Positions 9,018-19,627 of a stretch of DNA of 64,000 nt are shown in pieces. The stretch's first letter is position 1. Each line of letters begins with the position of its first letter. This stretch comes from Sulfolobales archaeon HS-7 (GTDB lineage Archaea > Thermoproteota > Thermoprotei_A > Sulfolobales > Sulfolobaceae): NCBI GenBank assembly GCA_019704295.1, contig AP024596.1:576001-640000 (forward strand), written 5' to 3'. The notes under the pieces were generated by a model. That model was given only the letters and a program-made list of their open reading frames with translations, ran no database searches and had not been told where the DNA came from. Both the position numbers and the translations under genes were made by a program.

Positions 9018-9937
9018 CAGAGCAGGAGGAAGTTGAGAAGACCGTTCCCACCCAGGGGATCAGATTCTACATAAGAGCTCTCACAAAAGATCCTCTAGCC
9101 ATAGTGGGTTTAATAATAGTCGGCTTGTTTTTCATTTGGGGAGTAATACAGGGAATATTAGAGATCTTAGCAGGTTACCTTAGAAAACCCTATCTAGGGT
9201 ACATCTTACTTCCGCACGACCCCTTTGCTCTTGACATTAAATACTCTTTAATGCCGCCATCCAGTGAATTCTTATTAGGAACGAATACTGCCGGAGAGGA
9301 TATACTCTCCAGGATGCTTTATGCCATGCCCCGCGATGCATTCGTTTCAGTTGCAGTCGTATTCTCAGCGATAGCAATTGGTGGAATAATCGGTATTATA
9401 GCGGGGTATATCGGAAAATGGGCTGATGAGGTGCTTATGCGTGTTACCGATGCCTTTCTTTCGCTCCCCGCACTAATCTTAGTAATTGCTATAGCTGTAC
9501 CCCTTAAGGCAGGATTCGATGCAACATTAGCTGGATTAATGGTTGTATGGTGGCCAACTTATGCTAGATTCTTTAGGGCACAAACCCTTAAAATTAAGAG
9601 CATGGATTTCATTGATGCAGCGAAATTAAGCAATGTATCTAGGTTTAAACTGCTGTTTAGGTATATTTTCATGAATTCAATTGACCCAATAATCGCCTAT
9701 GCAGCCTTAGATTTCGGTAACGTGATACTTACTTACTCCACCCTTGCCTTTCTAGGAATTGGAATTCAGCCCCCCTATCCTGAACTTGGAGCCATGGCAT
9801 CAAATGGTGTAGATAACTTGCCTACTGCATGGTGGTACGCGTTATTCCCAGGGGTGGCAATACTAATAATCGTAGTGGGATTCGTGTTAATAGGGGATAG
9901 ACTTCAGGACATAATAGGGGGTAGAATCACCTACTAG
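9014..9937 (+). CDS. Oligopeptide/dipeptide ABC permease (DppC/OppC type)
   Basis: LLGTNTAGEDILSR, FIDAAKL, LAFLGIGIQPP. Confidence 0.92.
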   Translation: MTEQEEVEKTVPTQGIRFYIRALTKDPLAIVGLIIVGLFFIWGVIQGILEILAGYLRKPYLGYILLPHDPFALDIKYSLMPPSSEFLLGTNTAGEDILSRMLYAMPRDAFVSVAVVFSAIAIGGIIGIIAGYIGKWADEVLMRVTDAFLSLPALILVIAIAVPLKAGFDATLAGLMVVWWPTYARFFRAQTLKIKSMDFIDAAKLSNVSRFKLLFRYIFMNSIDPIIAYAALDFGNVILTYSTLAFLGIGIQPPYPELGAMASNGVDNLPTAWWYALFPGVAILIIVVGFVLIGDRLQDIIGGRITY

Positions 9938-10911
9938 TGATAAAGATGTTGTTAAAGGCCAAAGATCTCACCGTATACTACAGCACCATAATTGGAAAAA
10001 CAAAGATCCTCGACTCTTTAAACTTAAATATTGAAAAAGGGGAGTTGGTTGGAATTGTTGGTGAGTCGGGTTCAGGAAAATCTACACTAGGATTTGCCGT
10101 TGCGGGACTCATGCCACCTAATGCTGAGGTTAAGGGAAATCTAGAGATTGAGGGCAAAGATGTAGTCGGAATGAAGGAAAAGGAATTACAACAACTGAGA
10201 GGTACGGAGGTCTTCATGATATTTCAGAATCCGCTAAACAGCCTTAACCCGGTAAAGACGGTCGGGTTCCAATTGTTAGAGGCAGTTAGGGTAAGGGAGG
10301 AAAGGAAAAAGCTGAAATATAATGAAGAAAAGGCAGTGCAAGAAGTCATAGAAGTTCTCAAGGAACTCAGGTTTCCAGATCCTGAAAGGATATTGTCAAG
10401 GTATCCGCATCAACTTTCAGGGGGTCAAGTGCAAAGAATAGTAATTGCTATGGCTTTGTTACTTAAACCGAAGTTACTAATTGCGGACGAACCTACCTCA
10501 GCACTTGACGTTACAATCCAAGCTCAGGTGATCTCTTTGATAAGGCAATTAAATCAAGAGTATGGCATAGCGCTTATCTTCATTACGCACGATATAGCAC
10601 TTGCCAATGTGGTTTCAGACAGGTTAATAGTCATGTATGCAGGAAGATTGATGGAAGATGGTCCAACTGACAAGATCTTGAAAAATCCGCTTCATCCCTA
10701 TACTGCTGGACTTATATCAAGCATCCCAAAAATAAGAAAGGAAGATGGTGAATTACCTTCAATTAGGGGCGCGCCCCCATCCTTCTTAGTGCTTCCTAAA
10801 GGATGCAAGTTCTCACCTAGATGTGCGAAAGTAATGCAAGTATGTAAGGAAAGAGAACCTAGTGAGATTGAGGTAGAGGGAAGAAAAGTCAGGTGCTGGT
10901 TATATGGATGA
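9937..10911 (+). CDS. Oligopeptide ABC ATP-binding subunit (DppD type)
   Basis: GESGSGKS, LSGGQ, IADEPT, HPYT, Cys-rich C-terminus. Confidence 0.93.
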   Translation: MIKMLLKAKDLTVYYSTIIGKTKILDSLNLNIEKGELVGIVGESGSGKSTLGFAVAGLMPPNAEVKGNLEIEGKDVVGMKEKELQQLRGTEVFMIFQNPLNSLNPVKTVGFQLLEAVRVREERKKLKYNEEKAVQEVIEVLKELRFPDPERILSRYPHQLSGGQVQRIVIAMALLLKPKLLIADEPTSALDVTIQAQVISLIRQLNQEYGIALIFITHDIALANVVSDRLIVMYAGRLMEDGPTDKILKNPLHPYTAGLISSIPKIRKEDGELPSIRGAPPSFLVLPKGCKFSPRCAKVMQVCKEREPSEIEVEGRKVRCWLYG

Positions 10912-11869
10912 GGTCTTCAAATTAGAACGGGTGAAGAAATACTATCTAGCAACTAAGAGAGGCATCCTCGACTCTCTATTTGGAAGACCTAAATTTTTTG
11001 TTAAGGCGGTAGATGACGTTTCTTTCTCGATTTATAAGGGAGAAGTTTTGGGATTGGTTGGAGAAAGCGGTTCGGGCAAAACTACCTTAGGCAAAATCTT
11101 AGCCACTTTAGAAGAACCCACAGACGGAAAAATGTACTTTAATGGAAAATTAGTTGCTGGCGACGTAAAAAAGGAAATTAGAAAACAAGTACATATGGTA
11201 TTTCAGAATCCAATGAGCTCTTTAAACCCCAGATTAAGGGTAAAGAGTATTGTTGCAGAACCGCTAAGGAAATTCAACGAACCTTTAGTTAAGAAATCTC
11301 TCGAGATGGTCGGTTTAGATTACACATACATAAAGGACAAACTTCCGCGAGAGTTGTCAGGTGGTCAGCTACAGAGGGTAGCTATAGCTAGAGCGCTAGT
11401 AAAAAACCCAACATTTCTTGTGCTTGACGAACCGACCTCCGCTTTAGACGCATCAGTCCAATCGCAGATACTGAATCTCCTAGCTAAGATACAAAGGGAA
11501 CTTAATATTACCTACTTGTTCATTACTCACAACATATCTGTGGCAAGATATATCGCAGATAGAATAGTAGTGTTATACGCGGGGAAAATTGCGGAGGAAG
11601 GAAATACTGAAGACGTTCTTACCTCTCCTGCTCATCCCTACACTCAGGCTCTGCTGGACTCAGTACCAACAATTACAAAAAAGGATATAAAACCACCCAC
11701 TGGCGAAGTACCAAGTTTGATAAACCCCCCAAGTGGGTGCAGATTTCATCCTAGATGTCCTTTCGTCATGGAGATATGTAGGAAAAACGAACCTCCTCTT
11801 GTAGAAAAGGGTAGACAGAGAGTTGCGTGCTGGCTATATAAAGGTAGAGTGGAGAAAAACACTAGTTAA
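10904..11869 (+). CDS. Oligopeptide ABC ATP-binding subunit (DppF type)
   Basis: GESGSGKT, LSGGQ, LDEPT, GCRFHPRC. Confidence 0.93.
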   Translation: MDEVFKLERVKKYYLATKRGILDSLFGRPKFFVKAVDDVSFSIYKGEVLGLVGESGSGKTTLGKILATLEEPTDGKMYFNGKLVAGDVKKEIRKQVHMVFQNPMSSLNPRLRVKSIVAEPLRKFNEPLVKKSLEMVGLDYTYIKDKLPRELSGGQLQRVAIARALVKNPTFLVLDEPTSALDASVQSQILNLLAKIQRELNITYLFITHNISVARYIADRIVVLYAGKIAEEGNTEDVLTSPAHPYTQALLDSVPTITKKDIKPPTGEVPSLINPPSGCRFHPRCPFVMEICRKNEPPLVEKGRQRVACWLYKGRVEKNTS

Positions 11870-12236
11870 GAGCACCATAATTCTTCTAATTTTTTCTCTT
11901 TTCTTAGAAATAACAGATGTAGTGAACTACCTTATCTTTGTAGCGGTGTGGTACGGGTTCGTAGGGATTTACACTTTTTGGAAAACATCGTTTAAATATA
12001 ATATAGGGCAGAAAGAGATCGAGATCTGTGGTCTTCTCACCAGAAAAAGAATAAGCTATTCCTCAATTAAGGACTTGTTTGTATCTCAGGGGTTCCTAGC
12101 CAAGAGGTTTCATTGCGGATCTATCTACATAGTGACTAAAAATGGAGTAAATATTATACGAGATGTGAAGGAACCAGAGAGAATTTACACTGAGATCGCG
12201 AACATTATCAATAGAAATAACAAGTCAATTGAGTGA
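11823..12236 (+). CDS. Small membrane protein with bacterial PH-like (bPH_2) domain; start uncertain
   Basis: Two N-terminal TM segments, then ISYSSIKDLFVSQGFLAKRFHCGSI typical of bPH_2. Confidence 0.65.
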   Translation: MRAGYIKVEWRKTLVKSTIILLIFSLFLEITDVVNYLIFVAVWYGFVGIYTFWKTSFKYNIGQKEIEICGLLTRKRISYSSIKDLFVSQGFLAKRFHCGSIYIVTKNGVNIIRDVKEPERIYTEIANIINRNNKSIE

Positions 12237-12328
12237 ACTGTCCTCACTAAACTTCAAGCTCTACAGTCTGGATCGCTGAAATAGCTTTACAGACTCCTGG
12301 ATCCTCCGCTCTCGTAATCCACATCAAG

Positions 12329-13090
12329 GTGAACTCACTCAGCCCTAAACGGGGCTTCCTGCTTCTCAGCTACACCTTGCCAGTACCGAAGTACTAGTAG
12401 AAGGTGGAACTACACAGGCCCTAAGGATCGCACCGACTGCGATCAGCGTAAGATTTTTAGGGAGGCGTTGTAATCGGGATCGGCTACCCATTCGCATTGA
12501 GGACAAGGAGAGCGCTCATTCAAAGAGGGTTAAATCTCCTCTCACACGACTACATTTAGCGCAGGTTTTGGATCCGTATGCGGGATCTACAAGGGTCAGT
12601 TCCCTGCGGCGCTTCTCCAACTGGTACTTCAAGACTAAATTCAGCTCATCGAAGGCGACATCGCGGAGCCTCATCCTCATTTTTCGGAGGGATCTGCCTA
12701 CAAGTTTCTTGACGTTTATGTCACCCACGACGACAACATCATAGTTTTCAGCGAAGTATTCACTAACTTCATATAGAGATCCCTCCTAAGGTTCTTAAGG
12801 TGCTCGTTGGCCTTGAACAACTTCATCTTTGCCTTGAACCAGTTTTTGGAGAGGAACTTCTTCCTCGATAAGATCGTAATTGAGTACCTCACCTTCCACA
12901 GAGCCCCTTCGTAAGGCTCGTGTTGGGGGAAATACTCCCCGTCTTACGTCGCAATGAGGTTCTTAATGCCCATGTCCGCACCACAACCTTATTGACTTTA
13001 GGTAGCCTAGGGAACTCGTAACTCTCGACTACGAAAAAGATGAAATCATCCTTCCGGGTTTTCTGCCCCCTTTTGAACCTATATAGAACG
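12329..13090 (-). pseudogene. tnpB: Deleted/frameshifted IS200/IS605-family tnpB element with both ends
   Basis: Minus strand gives RuvC-II-like [21 protein letters not shown] (Zn finger) and DYNASLKIL (RuvC-III), then the QEAP right-end region ending TTCAC; left-end hairpin remnant ~13045-13085. Confidence 0.88.
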
Positions 13091-13136
13091 CCTCAATTAA
13101 GATAAAGATAAAAATATTTCTGACGAATTATCTTAC

Positions 13137-13373
13137 ATGGAGATAAAGGTATCTGACGAATTGTGGCCTAGGAGGAAGGATTGGTCGGGAGAAGTAGTCG
13201 AAGTTTTAGTTAAAGAAGGGCAAAGAGTAAAAAAAGGAGATGTAATATGCGAGATAGAAATCGAGAAGGCAGTCTTACAACTCGAATCCCCAATTGATGG
13301 GATTATCAGGAAGGTTTTCATAAAGTCTGGTGACGAGGTAAAACCTAACACTTTGCTAATGGTGATAGAGTGA
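13137..13373 (+). CDS. Stand-alone lipoyl-domain protein
   Basis: VKEGQRVKKGDVICEIEIEKAVLQLESPIDG with the lipoyl-Lys in EKA; first gene of the lip operon. Confidence 0.88.
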   Translation: MEIKVSDELWPRRKDWSGEVVEVLVKEGQRVKKGDVICEIEIEKAVLQLESPIDGIIRKVFIKSGDEVKPNTLLMVIE

Positions 13374-14215
13374 CAAAACCGGTAATTAGGGTACAAAATA
13401 GTGAAAAATTAAGGAAAATTGCTCTTATTGCAAGGGAAAGCCAAGTATCAACGGTTTGCGAAGAGGCCTTATGCCCTAATCTAGCAGAGTGCTGGTCTTC
13501 GGGTACGGCTACGTTCATGTTAATGGGAGATGTCTGTACGAGAGGATGTAGGTTCTGCTACGTTAAAAAAGGGAAACCCCAATCCCTAGACCTCGAGGAA
13601 CCACGCAGACTAATAAAGGCTATTAAGGAAATGAACTTAGACTACGTTACCTTAACTTCCGTTGATAGGGACGATCTTCCTGACGGGGGGGCCTCTTATC
13701 TATCGGAGACGATCATGATGATAAAGAATGAGGTTCCAAATACAATTGTGGAACTTTTAGCCCCCGACTTTCAAGGTGACACCTCGTTAGCGGAACAGGT
13801 AATTAGTGCTGGTGTTGACGTATTCGCTCATAATATAGAAACAGTACCAAGTCTGCAAAAACTGGTAAGAGATAATAGAGCTAATTTTGAAAACAGCACA
13901 TTAATTCTGAAATACGCTAAGAAAAGAGGAGTCGTTACTAAATCCTCCATACTCCTAGGATTCGGTGAGACTCAGGAAGAAATATATGAAACGTTTAGGA
14001 AAATCGTTGAGTTCATTGATATTTTAGTTATATCGCAGTATTTAAGACCAAGTGCTAAACAGCTCCCCGTTAAGAAAATTTACACTGAGGACGAATTCCG
14101 CGAGTTAGAAAGAAAAGCCTATGAAACGGGATTTAAGGCGGTAGTAGCAGGCAAGTTAGCGCGAACGTCCTACAGAGCAAAGGAGGCATACCTTAAGGCG
14201 ATTCAAAAATGTTAA
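13370..14215 (+). CDS. lipA: Lipoyl synthase
   Basis: CEEALCPNLAEC (CX4CX5C), CTRGCRFC, C-terminal RTSY. Confidence 0.95.
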   Translation: MTKPVIRVQNSEKLRKIALIARESQVSTVCEEALCPNLAECWSSGTATFMLMGDVCTRGCRFCYVKKGKPQSLDLEEPRRLIKAIKEMNLDYVTLTSVDRDDLPDGGASYLSETIMMIKNEVPNTIVELLAPDFQGDTSLAEQVISAGVDVFAHNIETVPSLQKLVRDNRANFENSTLILKYAKKRGVVTKSSILLGFGETQEEIYETFRKIVEFIDILVISQYLRPSAKQLPVKKIYTEDEFRELERKAYETGFKAVVAGKLARTSYRAKEAYLKAIQKC

Positions 14216-14961
14216 GGGTTTTGCTAGACCTCTTTAGGGATCCTTACTGGAATATGGCAGTAGACGAGGCTATGTTAAATAAGGTGAAAGATACTGGCAA
14301 ACTAACATTGCGCATTTACGGATGGCAACCATATGCCGTGTCTCTAGGAAGAGGACAAAAAATGATGGATACGGTAGATCTCGAATTAGCTAAAAATATG
14401 GGATTGAAAATCGTGAGAAGACCTACAGGAGGTGGAGCACTAATTCACTCTCACGAAATTACTTACTCTGTTATTGCCCCTCCACGGCACGAGTTACTAA
14501 GGATGGATGTAGAGTCTTCAGCTATTTATATCGCTAATGGCATCGCAAAAGGCCTGAGGAAGTTAGGAATTAAGGCAGAGGTACGCGGATTCGCTGACAA
14601 ATCTAAATATAATCTTTGCTACATGAGAGTAGGTGCTAGTGATGTTATTGTAGATGATCTGAAAATATCTGGTAGCGCTCAAACCAGGAAGGATGGTCTT
14701 CTCCAGCATGGGACATTACTACTTTCGATTAGTGAAGAGGAATGGAATGTAATTAAGGGCGCGGATATTAGCGGAAAACTCACTTACTTAAATAATTATG
14801 GAAATTTTCAGATAGATGAGATAATTACTGCATTAATCTCAGGTTTTTCAGAAATATTTGGAGATTATGAGTTTGGGTCTCTGACACCCATAGAGGTGAA
14901 GGAGTCGATCGAGTTATATCAGCACAAATATTCAAGAAGTGAATGGAACACAGTCCCTTAA
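14209..14961 (+). CDS. Lipoate-protein ligase/octanoyltransferase (LplA/LipM family)
   Basis: NMAVDEA, VRRPTGGGALIH, KISGSAQ, LQHGTL. Confidence 0.88.
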   Translation: MLRVLLDLFRDPYWNMAVDEAMLNKVKDTGKLTLRIYGWQPYAVSLGRGQKMMDTVDLELAKNMGLKIVRRPTGGGALIHSHEITYSVIAPPRHELLRMDVESSAIYIANGIAKGLRKLGIKAEVRGFADKSKYNLCYMRVGASDVIVDDLKISGSAQTRKDGLLQHGTLLLSISEEEWNVIKGADISGKLTYLNNYGNFQIDEIITALISGFSEIFGDYEFGSLTPIEVKESIELYQHKYSRSEWNTVP

Positions 14962-15680
14962 ATTCGAGAGAAAATGAATTTATTGCTTTTAAATTTCTCG
15001 ACGTATTCATTTGCTAGGTACATTTCTTGCTCATGATAGGTTCTTATTTGGTAACCTTCTCCAAACCAAGACGAATAGGAGGAAATTATTTTGTCAATAA
15101 GTTGTTCACGATTTACTCTAATGAAATCAGTTAAATTAGCTGGTCTGTATTTGACCATATCAATGTTTTGTCTAACCTTACGCGGAGGAATTACGAGTGA
15201 TTTATACATCTCGTTAATGTCGGCGTTCAGAAGAATACTTCCATGAAGTAAACATTTCTTTCCAGATAAATATGCTGAATTACCACATATTTTCTTGTTA
15301 GAGTATACTATATCCGTATCATTTCTAATTTCTGTTTTAATCCCTAATGAATGGAAAGCGTTTACAATTCCCTGAAGAAGATTTGCGTATAGTTTATTCA
15401 CGTCGTAATCGCTACAAAAAGTAATTACGCTGTAATTAAGTACGCCATTATCATGATAAACTGTACCGCCTCCTGAGAATCTCCTGACTAGCTTAATTTT
15501 CGCTTTGTTTACATAGGATAGGTGAACTTCATCTGTTATTGCTGACATTACACCTAGTACAACTGATTTATCATTAATCCAAATTCTTAGTAAAGGGGGA
15601 GTAGCTATCCTAACTAAAGAATAATCAATTGCTATGTTAAGGTAAGGATCTTTAATTTCTTTGTCCAAAAGAACCTCCAT
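14958..15680 (-). CDS. Second lipoate-protein ligase A family protein
   Basis: NIAID, VRRFSGGGTVYHD, NDTDI, KKICGNS, LHGSIL. Confidence 0.88.
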   Translation of the reverse strand: MEVLLDKEIKDPYLNIAIDYSLVRIATPPLLRIWINDKSVVLGVMSAITDEVHLSYVNKAKIKLVRRFSGGGTVYHDNGVLNYSVITFCSDYDVNKLYANLLQGIVNAFHSLGIKTEIRNDTDIVYSNKKICGNSAYLSGKKCLLHGSILLNADINEMYKSLVIPPRKVRQNIDMVKYRPANLTDFIRVNREQLIDKIISSYSSWFGEGYQIRTYHEQEMYLANEYVEKFKSNKFIFSRI

Positions 15681-15717
15681 TGCGTTTTATACTAAAAAGA
15701 AAAATAAAGAAAAAATT

Positions 15718-17865
15718 TTACCTTCTTCTCAAGAACACTACTGCTATTGCAATTATTACTATAATTACTATGACTATAGCAACAATTTCTAAGGTACTAA
15801 CAGATGATGGGTGAGTTGTTGTAGTGACGGGAGGTACTGTCGATGTTGTGGTCACGGGAGGTGTGGTAGTTGTTGTGGTCACGGGAGGTGTGGTAGTTGT
15901 TGTGGTCACGGGAGGTGTGGTAGTATATGGTTGATAGTACATCATGTTATAGTAATAACCAGCAAATTCGTTATACTGAAAGTTCTTCACATAAGGTTGT
16001 ACAAAGTAATACGTGTAAGGAACTGGTAGCCATAGATATGGCGCCTGATGATATGTAATATTGTATATCTTAGCAGCCATTTCTATCTGTTCTGTAGCAT
16101 TCGTGATAAATGGAACTTGGTTATCCATTTGATTTACTACCGAATTATTTAACCACGCTAGATCTCCTGAAAGGCCTCCGTCCAATACGTTAGTTTGTAC
16201 GTCAAGTTGCTGGAAGATAGGATCTGGCCAATCGGGCACCCATCCAAGATCAACAAGGTCTGGAGTTCCACTGGGAGTACTCCAACCATCAGTGACTGAA
16301 GCGGTTACCAATTTTATAGAGGTAGGTATACCGATTTGCTCTAGATTCTGCTGGATAATTTCTAGTTCCTCTTGTACAAGGGGAGTTATGGGCGTTAGAG
16401 TGTATATTGCAAGTGTAGATAAAGGTGTAGCTGAAGAATTGCCTACAGTTGTTCCATTCGGAAGAGTTACGTAGAAGTGTCCCTCATATCCTGCCTCGTT
16501 GAGATAGGTCAACGCTAGTGATACATTATATGAATATGGCTGAATATGATCCATAGAGACTATCTGGTTATACACGGGGAACTGCGGAGAGATTGGACCC
16601 ACGAACTCACTAGCGAGTATCGTCCCATTATATGAGAAAATATGGAGAAGTGCAGAATAGTTAACAGCATGTACTAGTGCTAACCTAAATGCAGTTATGT
16701 TTGTTGGATACTCTTCCGTATTCATGGCAATATATAGCACTTCTGGCTGACTTCCAAAGTTAGCGAATATTCCAGATAGCGGAACAGTGTATTGGTAACC
16801 CGTGTATATTGAACCTATGTAGGGAACGCTAACGAAGGATATCTGAGCCTCATTTTTATCGAACTCCTCGACCCTTGCGGTATGACTCAGTCCGTATTCT
16901 ATCTCTATAATCGAAATGTGAGCTGGTTGGGCTACTGCTGGAACGCTTTCGCTAACCCCCCAGTAGTTGGGTACTGCTTTTAGAACAATTGTTGAGAACC
17001 CCTCAGCCACTGACACTATCTCATAAGGTCCTGTACCTGGCATTCCGTGAAGGTTTATGTAGGAGTTTGGAGTGTTCGGTTGGACCCCTCCGTGCTGATC
17101 AACGAAGACAGGGTCCTGTATTGCTCCCCACCACGCAGCAATGTCGTATAGGAAATACCTGTACGGTATCAAAGTACTTATCTCTACCTCGTAAGCACTC
17201 TTAACGACTACAGCCTGATATGGGTACTCCATTATCTTCTGGATGGTTGCGTTGTTAGCATTGAAGTTCGAGAGTATTGAGGCTAGCACGTCAGCGGCCA
17301 AAGTCGCGTTGGTATTAGTTGGCAATCCAGTGACGTTGTGTATAGCGTTCGCGACTCCCCAGGGTAACGCATATCCCGTCTGACCGTATTGAGTTGCGTT
17401 AAAGAGGAGGGTAATATAGTTCGAAACGCCGGGTCCCTGTCCCATAAGTATCATTCTGTAGAATGAGAACCAAACTGTTGAGGCGTTAACTTGAACGCCG
17501 TCGCTGAAGTGAACTCCTTGCCTTATGTAGAACGTGTAGTTCTCGTAGTTGGTCGTGGAGTAGTTCTGGGCAATTACGGGAACGAGTTGAAGGAAGTTAG
17601 AACCGTTGAACTCCACTAGTTCCTGGTAAACTGCAGTAAAAAGAGGACCGTCTTGAACATAAAAGCCAGTTGCAGGATCTAGAGCGTCAGGTGCAGCTGT
17701 TTGGGATACATCAACAAGTACAGAACTATTCGGAGGAACTATGGTAACTCCTTGTGCACTAACGTGTATAGGTATGAAGGCTAGAAGTCCTATTGACGCT
17801 ATCCCTACCAAAAATAGTAGTACATATCCTTCCAATTTATTATAATTATATACCTGACTATTCAT
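15718..17865 (-). CDS. Peptide ABC substrate-binding protein (family 5) with Thr/Pro linker and C-terminal membrane anchor
   Basis: Signal peptide, DALDPA, IRQGVHFSDG, PGTGPY, many NxS/T sequons, Thr-rich linker, TM helix ending RRR. Confidence 0.92.
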   Translation of the reverse strand: MNSQVYNYNKLEGYVLLFLVGIASIGLLAFIPIHVSAQGVTIVPPNSSVLVDVSQTAAPDALDPATGFYVQDGPLFTAVYQELVEFNGSNFLQLVPVIAQNYSTTNYENYTFYIRQGVHFSDGVQVNASTVWFSFYRMILMGQGPGVSNYITLLFNATQYGQTGYALPWGVANAIHNVTGLPTNTNATLAADVLASILSNFNANNATIQKIMEYPYQAVVVKSAYEVEISTLIPYRYFLYDIAAWWGAIQDPVFVDQHGGVQPNTPNSYINLHGMPGTGPYEIVSVAEGFSTIVLKAVPNYWGVSESVPAVAQPAHISIIEIEYGLSHTARVEEFDKNEAQISFVSVPYIGSIYTGYQYTVPLSGIFANFGSQPEVLYIAMNTEEYPTNITAFRLALVHAVNYSALLHIFSYNGTILASEFVGPISPQFPVYNQIVSMDHIQPYSYNVSLALTYLNEAGYEGHFYVTLPNGTTVGNSSATPLSTLAIYTLTPITPLVQEELEIIQQNLEQIGIPTSIKLVTASVTDGWSTPSGTPDLVDLGWVPDWPDPIFQQLDVQTNVLDGGLSGDLAWLNNSVVNQMDNQVPFITNATEQIEMAAKIYNITYHQAPYLWLPVPYTYYFVQPYVKNFQYNEFAGYYYNMMYYQPYTTTPPVTTTTTTPPVTTTTTTPPVTTTSTVPPVTTTTHPSSVSTLEIVAIVIVIIVIIAIAVVFLRRR
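15844..15924. repeat. 27-bp tandem repeat x3 (plus a degenerate fourth copy) encoding the TTTPPVTTT linker
   Basis: tgttgtggtcacgggaggtgtggtagt repeated exactly at 15844, 15871 and 15898. Confidence 0.95.
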
Positions 17866-18088
17866 TATTTAGAAACTGACTGCTTCTACTTATATGTCTT
17901 TTGCTAACGCTTACTACCTATTACTTGAAATTAGATATCTAGATAGTGGTTTATTCTAATTAATCATTATTAGTGTAGATAATTTCGCCAAAAATGCCAT
18001 TTTTTCACCTATTCAAGGTGTCCTTAGCGTTAACCAACACGTACAGTTAATTTGGAAGAGTATCGCCATACCCCACATAATGTAAGCT

Positions 18089-19081
18089 TCATCCACTCTT
18101 TGATTCTATATCTTGATAAATGCGCTTTAGTTTACTCCCTAGTATTTCTGGGGAATTCCTGGACGTAACTACTTCAATCTCCTTCTTGCTTACGGAGGTT
18201 CTGAAGTCCTCAGAATAAAGCAATTCCTTAGAGTAATTGATGAAGCAACCTATATCATCTGTTGAACATTTTAGATTATTGCTAGCTACTTCTGGAAGAG
18301 GTCCATAATCAGAAGTGACTACTGGTATTCCCATAGACATAGCTTCGAGTACGGTTATTCCATATGCCTCTTTTCTCGACGGAAAGATTAACAAGTCTAC
18401 ATCTCTAAGTAATTCGATTATTTTGGAATGGGGGAGCTTCTCTACATACTCAACGCCGTCCCTTTCTCTAGGTGTATTTCCGACGAACACTTTCCTAACA
18501 TTTCCGGGAAGCCTTTCAAATACTGCCTCGGCTATGTCACCCCCTTTTCTTTCATAATCAACTCCAATATAGGCTATAGTCTTATTCGATATTTCTTTGG
18601 GTGTGGGAGTTATAGGAGGTGGAAGGACTTCTACTCTCTTTATTCCCTCCTCTCTAAGACCTTTTGCACACCAATTAGTCCATCCAATTACTGTAGTACC
18701 GCGCATATTAAATACGTCTTTCATTAATTCTATCACTCTTTCCCGTAAAGAACCGATCTTAAGATAATCTGAAAAAACATTTGATAACGGCTGATCCAGT
18801 TCCTGAACCCAGGGACCTCGTGGTAAATACGCATTCAAAAAGAACGAATGAACAATTCCAGTTAACCTCAAGGATAGAATTGGCTCACCTAATAGTTTTA
18901 AAACCCACTTTAAGACGGTTTTTGAATTTATAACATAATCGTTAAATTCTGGACCTAATTTAGGAAACTCCTCCACTAATCTGTAACGTATGTCCTTAGG
19001 CGCGTATCTTAATCTGAGTTCGATCCCGCTTCTTAAGGTGTTGTCGATTCTGTTTCGCTGCACTATCGCAGAAACTTCCAT
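18089..19081 (-). CDS. Glycosyltransferase family 4 (GT-B)
   Basis: RKGGD, FPSRKEAYGITVLEAMSMGIPVV (EX7E motif). Confidence 0.9.
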   Translation of the reverse strand: MEVSAIVQRNRIDNTLRSGIELRLRYAPKDIRYRLVEEFPKLGPEFNDYVINSKTVLKWVLKLLGEPILSLRLTGIVHSFFLNAYLPRGPWVQELDQPLSNVFSDYLKIGSLRERVIELMKDVFNMRGTTVIGWTNWCAKGLREEGIKRVEVLPPPITPTPKEISNKTIAYIGVDYERKGGDIAEAVFERLPGNVRKVFVGNTPRERDGVEYVEKLPHSKIIELLRDVDLLIFPSRKEAYGITVLEAMSMGIPVVTSDYGPLPEVASNNLKCSTDDIGCFINYSKELLYSEDFRTSVSKKEIEVVTSRNSPEILGSKLKRIYQDIESKSG

Positions 19082-19224
19082 GACAACTATTTGTTGTAGT
19101 TACCCTTTATATTTATTTCCACACGTTATTTCAATACTGACCAGTGCTTTAATCCCCATTAGGCAAAAATTCTATATATTAATAAAGTATATATTTAATC
19201 TTCTAAAAGTGACTTCACTGCATC

Positions 19225-19617
19225 CTAAATATTACCTATCGTCGATTTATTAATAGTGTTTTCTTTATTCTCACTTAAACTGAAGTATACCTCTTCCAGT
19301 ATTTCCATAACTCTTATCAGCCAACTATGAATTATCTCAGGTTTTTCTCCCTCTATGTTGTTTACAAATTCGATAACATCAATTAATTGACCTATTAATT
19401 CTGGATTTATCATTTTATTTTTCATGAGGAAAAATATCATGCCGTGCATGTCATCGGTGGAGATCCCGTAATAAGACTTTATCTTCATTAATACCTCGTT
19501 GAGAAGACGCTTTGTCGCATTAACCGTGTCGGTTATAACCAAAGGACTCGTCGAGAACGTTTCCTCATCAATTAATGCAGCCTTTTCTATAATCTTATAA
19601 TCCTCCCAAAATCCCAT
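19225..19617 (-). CDS. Hypothetical all-alpha protein, possibly degenerate HEPN/DUF86-like
   Basis: Helical 130-aa protein with DUF86-like layout but no RX4H motif. Confidence 0.5.
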   Translation of the reverse strand: MGFWEDYKIIEKAALIDEETFSTSPLVITDTVNATKRLLNEVLMKIKSYYGISTDDMHGMIFFLMKNKMINPELIGQLIDVIEFVNNIEGEKPEIIHSWLIRVMEILEEVYFSLSENKENTINKSTIGNI

Positions 19618-19627
19618 ACGTTCTCCT

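Noticed and set aside
15811-16029. ORF with CCGHGRCGS repeats resembling a metallothionein
   Set aside because: It is the antisense reading of the Thr/Pro linker repeat of the solute-binding protein.
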